64,000 nucleotides of DNA, taken from assembly GCF_009914755.1 (NCBI RefSeq), contig NC_060931.1. One strand, written 5' to 3'. The stretch comes from the human T2T-CHM13v2.0 reference genome, Homo sapiens. The notes beneath the pieces were generated by a model. It saw only the letters and a list, made by a program, of their open reading frames with translations, was not told the origin of the DNA and did no database searches. This document shows positions 50,664 through 63,400 of the stretch, in pieces (positions within the stretch are counted from its first letter, which is position 1; every line of letters begins with the position of its first letter). The translations under genes were made by a program, and so were the position numbers.

Positions 50664-51377
50664 ACCTAACCACGGTGATGCCTCAACCCAGGGGTCATTG
50701 TATTTCACTAGATCTACTTTTCACTAGATCTATTTGGCCTTTGGACTTCAGCTGGGAAAGAACAACTTCCCAGAAAGAGTCTATGTCCCTGAATGAAATT
50801 AACCCCTTTCTAAATAAGCTTTGGTTATTTTCTCCCATTAAAAATGTACCTCTTCTCTCCTTTATGGCAATGGACAAATGCTTGAGTTTGATCTGTAAAA
50901 GCCAAGACATATATTTAAATTGTTGTTGGCCTAGCAGAAAATCTCTGTTAAGAGTTTAAAATCGTTTACTTCCTTCTCACTCTCTGAAGCGTATATTATA
51001 TAAGCCAGATGACTTGCTGAAAAATCTTCAAAGATGCAATGTGTGCATTAGTGTTATTAAAAATGGAATTTAAAGGATTCATTACCTGGCCAAAAATATG
51101 TATTAAGCACAAACTATGTCATGAAAAAATGAGACATTTTCATATCTCTTTAATAATTTTTTGATTTAAGAGGAATATGCAGTCTGTACTATTTATTATT
51201 ATATCATATACTGAGGTATATATGTACATTTATTAAGTACTTAGCAAGTGTTTATTAAGTACTTACTGTGTGCAGAACTTGCTCTAAGTGTGGAAATGCA
51301 AAGGCCTACAAGATGGTCTCTGTCATTCCCTGATGAGGCCTGGAACCCTGGAATCCCTCTCAAAACATCATAAATAG

Positions 51378-51750
51378 ACGGGGTTTTTAAACTTTTCTCT
51401 GCCATGACCCTTTTGACAGTTCGATGCTGCCTATGGACTCCTTCTCAGAATGTTTTGAAATCTGTAAAGTCAAATACATAGGATGACAAATACAAATAAA
51501 GTCAAATACATAGAAAATCAATATTAAAAATTTATAATTGAAATACAGAAAATAAATGTCTTTTTCCCAATCCGTTTTATCAACACGAGATCTAATGAGA
51601 TTCTTACCAATGATATCACAGGTACTACAAATTCTCCTGTGATTTGTTGCCTATATTTATAATTGAAGAAAAGGCTAAGTTTCATTAGAGGGTAGTGGAA
51701 ATAAAGGTATAAAGGTGTAACTCTTTCCCCACCCATGTTTAAGAACTCTC
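51378..51750 (+). mobile_element. Charlie4a-like hAT DNA transposon
   Basis: 'gggtttttaaactttttctctgccatgacccttttgacagt...gcctatggactccttctcagaat...tgtgatttgttgcctatatttataattgaag...ttaagaactc'. Confidence 0.7.
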
Positions 51751-52189
51751 AGGTTTCCAATTTTAGTTAAGTATTCCTGGTCTAAGTTAATGTTAAAGAA
51801 CAGTTTCAAAAAAAGAAGATCTTAAAATGTTAGCCTTAAATGATGATACAATTCTATTTTTCCTAATTATTAATTGTAATTTTGATGAATCACCCACAAG
51901 TATACCATATTCTCCTCTGAAAGAAAAACAAAAGGAACCTTTAAAGGAAAGAAATCTTATCAGTAAAAGGGACAATCTGCTGTTGTCTGTTTATTCATTT
52001 GTATCCTGCCTTGCTCCAGGAAGGATTTAAGGCGGCTTGTTCCTATCTAAGTTCCTAGAACTTGGTTAATTAAATCTTCTGAAAATGTAAATTAAAATGC
52101 AGTAATGTTATTTGACAAATGGGACCAAATTATTATCATCTTTTAAATAATTATGTGATTGGGAATGTCTACATCATATTTATCTAATC

Positions 52190-52237
52190 TGCAATTAAAT
52201 CATTTATATATGCAATTAAATCATTTATATCTGCAAT
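52190..52237. repeat. 21-bp tandem repeat, ~2.3 copies
   Basis: tgcaattaaatcatttatata / tgcaattaaatcatttatatc / tgcaat. Confidence 0.9.
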
Positions 52238-53934
52238 ACATAAATTCACATCATCAATAACAGGAAATGTGGCCAATGGCCAAGTGTGTTGCAAGAACAA
52301 AATGGCCTGTGTCAGAAGGAAGGGTCACCAATGATGTTCTAATTGAAACACTGACAAATTAAACAAGGGCATAACTCATGCTTTCAGCTGTCAAGTGACA
52401 CGAAGATCCTCACACTGAACTGGCAATATTTTGCTTACCCTTTTCTACATATTCTGTTTGTAGAATATTTGCCTCATGGCAACATCATTGTTAATCTCTG
52501 AAGTAATGGCTTTCTAGATAATTTCTAATCTCTTTTGGGGGTGGGGTGTCTACTTTATTGTATAAACCTCAATTAGCATTGCTACCATAAATTTCCAGGT
52601 TCAGTTTCACACCAATTCAAAAAATATTTATTAAGCACCTAATATGTGCAAAGTACCAGGCTTAGGCATGCATAGCAGTAAGACTGTTAGTCTACAGATG
52701 GTAAGGTCTGTAAGGCAAGTCTCTATATTATCTAAAGAAACTCAGAACTGACCCTGAACTCTCTACCTTAAAAAGCAGCATTAAGGCTCTATCCATCTCC
52801 ATCTCCCTTTAGGTTCTACAAAAACTCAGAAGACCTACCCGAAACAACAGAAACCTCCGGACCATTAAGTGACCACCCATATCCTAGTCAGTGCAGTCTT
52901 TAAATTCTGGCAGCAATCTGTTTCCATGTTTTTTTGTGAGATACAGAAATCTTTGCAGAGGATGGAAGCACCAGTTGGATGTCTGTGTGCGTCTCGTCTT
53001 CTTCTGAAGTGTGCGCACACAGTCATTTCCCCGGGAGAACTTGCCACCTCCCTGGGGTGATGATGCCAAGGAGTGTATTTGTGGGGGCTGAGGGCTGTCT
53101 ATAATGTTCCTGCAACCTATGGGCCTTCTCCCCATTCTTAGCCTGAAAAAACATCTCTCTCTTTTCGCCCCTTTTGCAGTTGAAGAGATACCTTCCTCTC
53201 TCTTCTTGCCCTCCAAGACAAATAAGTAGCGTTACCGATGAACTTGGACTCGTGCAGAAGGACAGAACTGCTGTTGACTCTAAGCGGCTTTAGTTTTCTC
53301 TGTACACAAAAATAACCCCTGCCCCAGATAGGTCTCTTTTCTACCAGCCAGAAAAAAAGAAAACAAAACATGCTTGAAGGTTGGGGGGATATAAAAAAAT
53401 ATAGTCAGAACAAATACAAATCAGTGTCTTAACAAATTAGTTTGTCCTCATAGAAGATGTGACTTCCACTCTTAAGGAACCAGCAAACTAGACTTTAAAA
53501 TCCAGACATTTTTGCATGGCCCCTGGTGCTTATTAAATTCTTAATTAAATAAGTAGGTGTTTCATAAATGCTCTTCGAGCATTATAATAATAACAAGTTA
53601 ATAAACAAAAGTCTACAGAACTATAATTTTATTACTACGGTTAATAACATTGGACATTTAAGCCTGTGTAAGTAAATGAAAATGCTTAATTTATGTACAT
53701 CACACTGCAATTTAATGTAATTGTTTTTCTACTTTTTGAATTAGGGGCACACACAAAAAGTCACTATATTTAATACCAGCAAAAGCAAAGAAACTTGATG
53801 TTTAGCCTATTCAGCCTTCCTGAAAATAAGTCTCTTATTTCCAGGGACTTGTTTGAAATGTTAATGAGCATTTGTAGATCCTGATTCTTCCCTTTATAGT
53901 CCCCTATAAAGGGAAAACCAGTTTGAATATTGTT

Positions 53935-54075
53935 TCCTAAGTGTTTACTATGGTTAGTTACTGTCCTAAGTGATTTACATAATGGTTTTATTTCATCCTT
54001 GCTGCGATTCCCACTTCACAGATGTAGAAACTGAGGGTGAGAGAGGTCAGATAACTTGCCCAGCATCAGTGGTAA
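53935..54075 (-). mobile_element. MIR fragment
   Basis: 'cccacttcacagatgtagaaactgagggtgagagaggtcagataacttgccc'. Confidence 0.75.
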
Positions 54076-54629
54076 ATGGGGTTACAGAATATTGACATGG
54101 GAAGGGCTTGGCCAAGGCAATTTTGTTGAAAGAGGTGTGCAAGCCAGGAGAGTCACCCTAAAGCTACATTTGCAGTCAGGGGCATGTTTCTGCTGAAAGA
54201 TAGAGACTTATGAGGGTGGCAAAGCCTGAGGGAGATTTTAGAGCTATAGCCACCAACCCTGTCCAAGTTGGTACCACCATGGTCCACAGTCAGAATTCAA
54301 GTCCAAGGCTTCTGGAACACATGCATTTAAGCACTGAGTTGTGCTGAGAGTCATGGTCCATCACAGATCACAGGTCTGGTCTCTCATTTCACAACCTCAG
54401 TTCTGTACCAGAGTATTAACAATCCTCTTCACTGCTCCAGGCCTTGTGCTAGACTAGGGACACAGAAATGGAGAAGCTGGCCTGTGAGATGGACCTAGAG
54501 TGAGGCCCTCTGGGAGCCCCAAAATCCCTGGATGGGATTCAACCAAATCTTGCCTTGTCCGGAATTCTGGGCCATGCTGAACTGTGTTATAACATAAGCC
54601 ATTTTAAACAGTTTATATCTCCTTGTTGA

Positions 54630-54812
54630 GATAGCACTGTATGGTGGTTAATAGAAATCCTGGAGCCAGATTGCCTGGTTCCAATTTCAGCGCATTACTG
54701 ACTAGTTGTATAACCATGGGCAATGGACTCGACTGCCTGGTGCTTCCATTTCCTCATCTGCAAACCAAAGACCACAGTACTACCCACCTCACAGGGCTTT
54801 ATATGGATTAAG
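54630..54812 (+). mobile_element. MIR fragment
   Basis: 'tggtggttaa...ctggagccagattgcctggttcc...tttcctcatctgcaaa...tacccacctcacaggg'. Confidence 0.8.
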
Positions 54813-56466
54813 CAACAACAGAAACAAAACCTAACTTAATGTTATGTGTTTATTAAATAACTTGGGGGATAAAAAACAAAAAAACCCAAGTGCTAGATTT
54901 ACCTACGAAAGATGAGAGTAGAGTCCAGCACAAGGAATACACATCTCAAAGTTTTGCTTATTTACCAATCACCACATTGCAAACTCTTAAGTCAGATACA
55001 GCAATGTGAAAACTTTTCCTTGCTTTAGTGTAGCAGCAGCAAGTTTCTTCATATAACATCTGTTTTTATTCATTTGAATACTAGTTTTCATAGTTAATAT
55101 AACTGCTAAGAGTTACATTAACACTCTGCTGTGAAAAATATATTATTCAAACGATCTAAGTGACTTGAACAGTTACATATGTAAACTCATTTTTACAAAT
55201 AGAAAATAACATCCTCCTCATCAACCTATGCTGAAAATGTTGGCACAAACTTAGGAGGCCACCTGAGCCAAAACACAGATGAGAGAATATCTCTGGGGAA
55301 GAAAGACGTTACATAGATTTCTGCAAGTCTAGTCCAATGTGGAACAGCAATTTGCCAGCAGTCACAGGAATCCAAAAGTGAAACCGGAACTGGAGCTAAG
55401 GCAATGCAATAGTTGCTACATCCATTCATTCATTTATTTATTCATGCTATGTTGAACACCTAGAGCTACCTTCCACAGCCATCTTCACTTTTGGCTCAAC
55501 ATCCTAAATTTGTTTTAAAAGTGCAGGTCAACTTTCTCACTGTCTTGCTAACTACATCCAATCCCAAGAGCTTTCCCATTTTTTTTAAAGCAGGAATTAG
55601 AGTATTGCAATAAAAAAAATCTTATCAGTGTTGCTATGTTTATGTATATTTAGATGTTTTAAATTTTAGAAGTAACTCCTAAGAGAATGGAGCACATTTA
55701 AAGCAGCAATTTTGGCAGCTTATGGGAAATACCTTATCTATTCTAACACAATGAAGTGGAGGAGCAGGTCAGAATTGGGGAGGAGGAGTACAACCTCTTA
55801 GGGAAACCAAGGCATTCACAGAATAATAGCTCAAAGCCACTGGAAGAACTTACAGATTATGAGTGAAAAACCATGACCAACGTAGAACAGTAAAGGTCAA
55901 CATAAATATATTGTCAGTTTCAAGTATTAGACAATGATTAGTCAGAGGTGAAGAGTTGAGTAATGGAAAAACCAACCAGGAGGTGTGAAGTATGGTGGGA
56001 ACAAGGAGAGAGGCTATGGAACATTTTCTATAAAAGCTCAGAATTGAACTATGGTCAGAAAGAGATGGCAGGAAGAGAAAAATCATCCTTATATAGTTTT
56101 GGTCAATGAAGTATCATATGATTTGCAATACTCAAAACCAGTCAACATTAGGTCTTATCCTAAGAAAAGACTGTCCAGGGAACAAAAATGAACACTAAAT
56201 ACCAAGCTTCCTTTGTATTATAATGACATGACAATGGACAGGATCAGAATTCATGGGCACATATTGTTTCAGGTAGAAGGCATTATAAGAATGTCCCAAA
56301 AGAGGTATTGGCCCAGAATCTAGGACAGAATCAAAAAAACTAAGGAAGGAGGCCAGAGGGGAGAGTTGTATAAATATGGTCATCTAAGTATGTATATTTG
56401 AGAACTTTTGAGTTGTTTCCCTCTATGATGTTGTTTAGGCAAGTGGAAGGTAACTAATCCATAGTT

Positions 56467-56800
56467 GTAGGTCCTGAAAATTGAGACCGTCATAATTCCT
56501 TGCCCCTAGATTAAGCGATGCTAGGACCAGATATAAAATACTAAGCTTATCTTGAAAGATAAGATTGTGATCTAACCAAAACAACGAGCTAATCAAAACT
56601 TTCTTCAAGACCCTCTCCTAGCTATGTCCATCAATACAAAGCTCTTGTGTCATAAACTGTTCCCACACCCAGTCAGTTCCCACATTAGGCAAGATCCACC
56701 TGGAAATCTTTCAGCTCAGATGCTAAAATCCTGTAAATAGCCCTCCTTTACCTTTGCTTGATTTTAAAAAATCAGAGTTGGGTTGCAGCAAGCTTGGTGT
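56467..56800 (+). mobile_element. Possible old ERV1-type LTR remnant
   Basis: TG start and U3/TATA-like 'ctaaaatcctgtaaatagccc'; family not confidently identified. Confidence 0.3.
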
Positions 56801-59800
56801 TACTGGGTGTTTTCCTGACATTGGAGTGTCAGTGTGGGTTAGAGGGTCAGACTGAACCATGGGGCTGACACTGCCGTCAGCGTTGCCATCAATGGGACGG
56901 AAATGGGATAGATGAAAGCAAAGACAAAATGGTTTTGCACTTACTCATGAACTTAAAGACAATAACTCAATTTTCTAATTAGTATTCAGAATTGTTAGAT
57001 ATTAGTCACAATTAATATCTGAGGATAGAACATTTGATCATGAACATTTTGGCTTTATATCAAAATGGCTGCATCAGGATATCATGTGTCCTGCTGGAAC
57101 AGACAGAGGTTTCCGTGTGTCTGCATGTTGTTCAACTATTTTTCTTGCAATGGTCTTGTAGAGTTTTCAAAACATAATCATGTTCTGATAGCGGAGCTCA
57201 TGATGCAGCACACAATAAAGTTTAAACCTTCTATGAGGAACACTACGAGCTTCCTACCAATGGAACTGTGAATCAAGCTCCAATTAAGAAACAAGAGTCT
57301 CTAGTCACCTTCAAAAATAGGTCTCTAACAAGTTAGATGTTTTGGCCAAATCCTTATTTTGATTTGTCAGAGTCATTTTTCTTTGAGTTTCTCAATATTT
57401 ACTTTAGTTCCCTTGATGCAACATGCAGCATCCTATGCCTTAGAAAAAACAACCTTATAGGATTACTTTCCTCTTAAGAGGTTAAAAAGAAAAGTTAACT
57501 TCCCAAGTTAAAAAGAAGAAACGGTTCAGACAGGGAAGAAAGAAGGCGCTTTTTCAGAGTGAAATTGGGAAACCATGCAGAGGCCAGCAGGAGGCGAAGC
57601 GTCAGGCAGTCAAGCAGGTGGCCCAGCCTGCAGGTAAGCTGCATGCCTTGCCATGCTAATTGATGGCAATTACTCCTGTTGTTTCCATAGTTTTAGGAAT
57701 AGCTGATCTTAAAGTGGTGGGAACCTACATTTATATTAAGATAATTCAACGAGAAACCTGGAATTGAAACTTTGGCCAAGCGATAACTATACTCTACTAC
57801 CTTCTAGGGCTCTCTCTGGAGAGCCAAGAATGTGTTAAAGGCACAAACTTGAAGGCATAGGTGTTCCATTGTTCATGAAGAAAAGACTTACATACTATTT
57901 TCATAGAAATGCATCAAAATGCATGGTAATAAGAAGCTTTTATTATAAATAAAACGTTACCTATAGAGCCAGCAACTTACATATTCCTTGAGGCAAAAGA
58001 TAACCTCTGTTCTGATGCCTAGCATAATACATGGCCATGGCAGCTATTCAATAAAATTCCTGTTGAATAAAACAGTTTGTTTTTGCAACTTGGACTCCTT
58101 CCTAGTAGACTAATACAACCTTAGGGGGAAAAATTACTGTAAAAGAATTCCCTGTGACTCAACGGAGGTATACCTATCAGGCACCGATTACCTGAAATGT
58201 TTTCAACCGGCTTGTTAAAATATAATCGACAGCAACAAAAACATTCCAATTAAGGAATATTAAAACCCTGGGCACATGAACTGGTAATGTCTAGCATGAG
58301 ATGAGGGTGTGTAAGGAGTTTATGGAACTGTCAGTTAATCAGGGTGAGACTTCACCTGTCATTTAACTTTAGGCAAGAGTTCTGTGAGAGGTAGGCCTTC
58401 GTTACAGACAAGATTGTGAATAGTAGACAAGAAAAAGGACAGGAAATGCCACTTGGCTGGAGGCCACTGAACAAGAAAATTCTCCTGTGATGGGCTCAGG
58501 ATGGTGAAGGGAAGACGGATCCATGTTCTGTCCAAACAGGTACATGGGAATATTTGAGTGATCAGTTCAATAAATTGAATATGACATTCCCATAATTGTG
58601 ACCACAGTCATCCTTTTAAGGTTCTAACTATGTGGGACAACGTTAGGCTTATTAGAAAAAATTTTAAAATCCTGGACAGAGGAACCAGAAAAGAAAGAGA
58701 AGAGAGTGAGATTATAAATGTAAACATTAAAGGAAAGCAAAATGCTAAGAATTGCAGGTGTTTAAAGCTGGAAGAGGTTCTAAAGGTCACCTAGGATGGA
58801 GTCCTCTTATTGCAGACTGGTCAGCAAGCAAGCAACAGAGAGAACTGACTTGTCCAAAGTCATTCTGCTTTGTGACCTGCTTTTGAGAGCTGAGCCAGGG
58901 GCGACACAGACCAAAGGATGCTAGAAGAAGTAGCCAAAAGTAGGGTATTTGGATGGAAAAGAGCCATGTGTGTTGAACTCAGTGAGATTTTTAATTTGGG
59001 AAACAATTTTTTAGAATAACTCTTTATCCTCCTCCTTGTTTAAAATGTGAGTGCTTTTCCCATTGTGTAGCATTGATTTTGGCATGGCTAACAATGGCCT
59101 ATTTTACATGATAAACTCCTAGAGATTAGAAGTCTGTCTAGCCCTGTTTGTCATAGCCTAGTAGCACATGACTCCTATACAGACCCATACTAAAAAAAGC
59201 CTGTGTTTTGACAACAAAGGCACTCAATGAAGAAGCTAAAATGAGCATGCTTACAGATATTTGGGAACATTTTGGTTGGTGATTTTACTTTAAGGCATTT
59301 CTATGGATGAGTTATGAAGAGATATTAATATCTCCTGAGCACACAGGACACAATGCCCAGCATCAGAGCTCCACTTTACAAATCATTTTACCATTAGCCT
59401 GAGCAGCTCTAACACATCAACAACCAGTGCGAGTGCATTTGCTTTATTTTAAGGTAGAATATTTATTTTGGATAATGGATTATTAAATAGATATGTATCA
59501 TTTATCTCTGCAAGTCATTTTATTGAGAATGATTTATAGCACATCAACAGCCATTGCAAATGCATTTGCTCGCTTTTGAGGGCTGCTCATTTTATTATGA
59601 ATGGCTTACTGAGCAGGGAGAAGCCAATTGCAGAGAGCCTGCTTTCTTGGGGCTGTTATATTTTACAAGGGTTGCCTTATAAATATTTTGTAAATTACTT
59701 ATAAACCTCTTTTTGGCAAAATATTCTGAAGCCCAATTAATGTTTCAATTCTAGGTGGTCATTCTGGGAAAGAGGATACCTCTGAAAGGGATGCTGAAAT

Positions 59801-60399
59801 TTGGACTTCTTTGTATTATATGGTAGCAGTGTACCATGATAGAATTATGTCAAGGAAACTTTGATTTCTCATCTGAAATGTCAATATAAATTAGACTATT
59901 TATCTATTAGAATTTCAATGACATTAGAGAAGTTTCCCAGTTGAGAATGTGAAGAAAAAAACACCTCTAGCTAATCTCTACCTTCTGTTGTTGCTGCCGG
60001 AAGAAGTCAAAGTGTTTTGCATTCAAGCAGATGAGGGTTCATTGTGCATGAAAAATACAGAAATAGTGCTGAAATAAAAACTTGATGATAATTATTTGGA
60101 TAGGCTTAAAAAAACTTGCCTATTAAGTTTATCTTTAATACTCTAACTTACATCTAGATGAAAAATACGGATACTTGGCTACAGTATAGTACCGTCAGAT
60201 TTTTAATTTCAGAAAGGGTAAACATTGCCAAGTTTTGAAGGTCTGCATCAAGGATACTGACATAATTTTCAAAGTCACGGGTAATACTGCAGCACCTCCC
60301 CTTAACATAAAACCCAGGGGGTTGACACGAGCACATCTCTCCCTAATCTATCCTGTGCATATAACAATGTTGCCTCAGAGCCTTCCTGAATATTTGCCA

Positions 60400-60950
60400 C
60401 TGCACAGGCAGAAGTGGGTTTTGCAAATGAGGTGGGGGTGATGTATTTTATTGCTGATACTGTTTCACCTGTATTTAGTTCCACTGACATGGCAAACCCC
60501 ACGGCCAATTGTCCTTATTATAGCCCCTGTGTATTTCTCCCCAGCACACTTGCACAGGGGGAAGATGTGAGCATGGAGCGTACTTAACTGCCAAGCTGAA
60601 TGGCTCTGTAATGTAGCTTCAGTGTGGCATAAATTAAGCTGTCATTTTTTTGGCAGCAAGTGCAGAGAGGCGATTTTCCTGTACTGTAACATTTGAAACA
60701 ACAATTTTCTGGCTCCAGTACTGACTGACAGTTCTGTGTGATACATTCTCAACGTGTGTGCTTCAGGGCTGCAGCTGGAAACTGCCTTCAGGGCAAGGTA
60801 TTGTCTCTATTAGCAAATCCTGGCTGTGGTTGCCCTAATGCAAACATTTTCTGACTCCTGCTGCTGCCAGTCAGCCCAGGGAGGCTGCCATTGGGGCAGC
60901 AAAAATGGCACTGGGGATCCATCAGCCTAAGCAATGGTTTTAAGCATGTT
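60400..60950. promoter_or_regulatory. Candidate developmental enhancer (HOX/TALE, NFI, POU-like motifs)
   Basis: TGACTGACAG 60722-60731; CATAAA 60628-60633 next to CTGTCA 60639-60644; NFI half-sites; no repeats recognised. Confidence 0.3.
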
Positions 60951-61924
60951 TCAAATATGCAAAATCGTCTTTTATCATGAAAATCAGATTGTATATTCTT
61001 GTGCGCTGGCTCTGTGCAAAACCTTTTGTAAACAGGAAGATTTCCCCAAGCTGGGCTGAGGTTTCATGGGTAGGAAACACTGCTGGATGCTCTGAGGGGC
61101 CTCTGAGTATGGACTGGAAGTGCTGCTATCACTTTGTGTCCCGTGCTGCCGGTAAGCTATGGTGGAGAAGTAGAATGTTGGTAAAAGTAATGAGAGGTGT
61201 TGGCAGGAGGGTCTCCAGAGGGAGCGCAGCAAACTGCTCTTTCTTTAAATGTCCTCTATCCCTGCCTTCCTCTTCCCTACCCTCACAGGTGACTACAAAG
61301 CAATAGCGGCACCACTTGCCAACTATCTTGAATACACATAAAAGGCAGAAAAGGTTACCTTGAAAGCTGTCAAAATAATACAACTGCAATCACATCAGTC
61401 AGGATGCAGCAGGGAGAAATAAGTTATGCTAAGCTTGCACTTGCAACTGAAGTTGTTGCTGGCATCCTGGAATGGTGTTGCTCCTCAGATCAGAGCCAAG
61501 GCTTTCACCAGTATACAGTTAGGGAAAACTGCACCTAAACTGACTCCAGAGTGGCTTGTGATCATGTTTCAAGAGCTCTTCAAGGAAGAACCAATGTCTT
61601 CCCTGAGTTGGAATAATCAAGCTATTTGCTGAGTAACTTGTTCACAGCCAGTAGGTTCTTTCTTGCATAGAACCTAAGTCTTTCTCCGTGTTAGTTTCCT
61701 TTTATTCTGTTTAGTGTTGTCATTGGGTCGCATAGACAAAATGTCATAAACCATCCTCATAAAATGCCATTTAAAGGCAGCCCGTCCTCAGATTCAAATA
61801 CCTTGATTTCTACAGTTTTTCACATTGATTTTGTGAAGCATTCACTTATTTGTCCAAACAGTAAACACACAATGCTTTCCAAAGGGTCAAGGACTGCCCT
61901 AGGGAAACCAAGGTAAGTTACAGA

Positions 61925-62755
61925 TTAAAATCCAACCCCTCCATTCATGACCATAGGCATACCTTCCTCACCAGCCTCATTTCCCACCACTTTCCAGGCT
62001 CATACCTGTGATGTCAACCACACCTACTTTGCCAGTGTATTAGTCCATTCTCATGCTGCTATAAAGAAATACCCCAGACTGGGTAATTTGTAAAGGAAAG
62101 AGGTTTAATTGACTCACAGTTTCACAGGGCTGGGGAGGCCTCAGGAAACTTACAATCATGGTGGAAGGGGAAACAGGCACGTCTTACATGGTGGCAGGTG
62201 AGAAGTGAAGTGCAAGCAGGGGAAATGACAGACACTTATAAAACCATCAGATCTCATGAGAACTCACTCATTTCATGAGAACAGCAGGGGGGAAACCGCC
62301 CCCAGGATCCAATCACCTCCCACCTGGTCCCTCGACACGTAGGGATTACAGGGATTACAGTTTGAGATATGATTCAGGTGGGGACACAAGCCAAACGTTA
62401 CCAACCAGCAAGAGTCAGCCATAATTTCTCTTACTTTCCTGTCATGGCTCCAGTGGCTTTATTTATGGGAAAGAACCACTCATCCCCTTTTCTTTCTAAT
62501 TAACTCCCAACTCAGACAGGTAGCCTTCTCTAACCAACTCCTGAAGCCTAATTGGGGTTAGGCATTTCTGTTGCCTGTATTTTGAGGATTTTATATATGT
62601 ATCTCTTTCCAATTTTAATATTTTTTAAATCGGCCAATTTCTAAAGCTACACATTAGATTTTTTAAGATGGGGACTGGATTTTCCTTTGTAATCCTGCCA
62701 CAATGCCTGCTATTTAATAGGTATTTAATACACTTAAGTAAATAGATGAATACAT
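61925..62755 (+). mobile_element. L2 3' remnant, interrupted by a THE1
   Basis: 'aaaatccaaccc...ccagcctcatttcccaccac' ... 'acaatgcctgctatttaataggtatttaatac...atgaat'. Confidence 0.55.
62036..62403 (-). mobile_element. THE1D-like MaLR solo LTR
   Basis: 'tgtattagtccattctcatgctgctataaagaaatacc...gggaggcctcaggaaacttacaatcatgg...ggggacacaagccaaacgttacca'; TSD gccag/accag. Confidence 0.93.
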
Positions 62756-63264
62756 TTATGGTTTTTATCCTCGAGATACATCCACAAATCATAAATCCTC
62801 AAGAGAAAAAAATTCTCTGATAATGGTTCATTTGTTCTTGTGGGGGTAGGGGGTGAGAATTACCATATAGGTCATTCATCTTATATTTCTTTTATAATGG
62901 CCTAACAAAATCCATTTTTTACCATTGCTTCAAGTTCCCACATTGCTAGTTCACGTTCAGCCCATGGTCAACCAGCTTCTAAATGTTTTCATGCTGTGCA
63001 TAATATCTGGCCATTCTCTAGAGTGTATTTCCACAATTCACTGAGCTATGATCATCCATATTGACTTTTCATTCAGTTTATTCTAAGCCACATTATGAGC
63101 TTGTCAAAACTCTTTAAATGTTTTCTCTGCCCATGAGAGCACAAGACAAGGAGAATATATGTAAAAGGAGCAGGAGAAAAAAATGGTAAAATACTCCTCA
63201 GGCTCTGAAGTCAGGTTCTGGCAACCCTAGAGTTCTTAGAACCTGGGTGCTGGGGGATGGAGGA

Positions 63265-63400
63265 AACAGGCATGCAGAGACCTGGTTTCTGGTCTTGAGT
63301 TCAACATTTATTAGCTGTGTGACTTTTAGTAAGTCACATAACCATTTCTGAGCCCAATGATACTTATACTACATATAGGATTTTTGTGTGATGATGTATA
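63265..63400 (+). mobile_element. MIR fragment
   Basis: 'gagacctggtttctggtctt...tattagctgtgtgacttttagtaagtcacataacc'. Confidence 0.65.
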
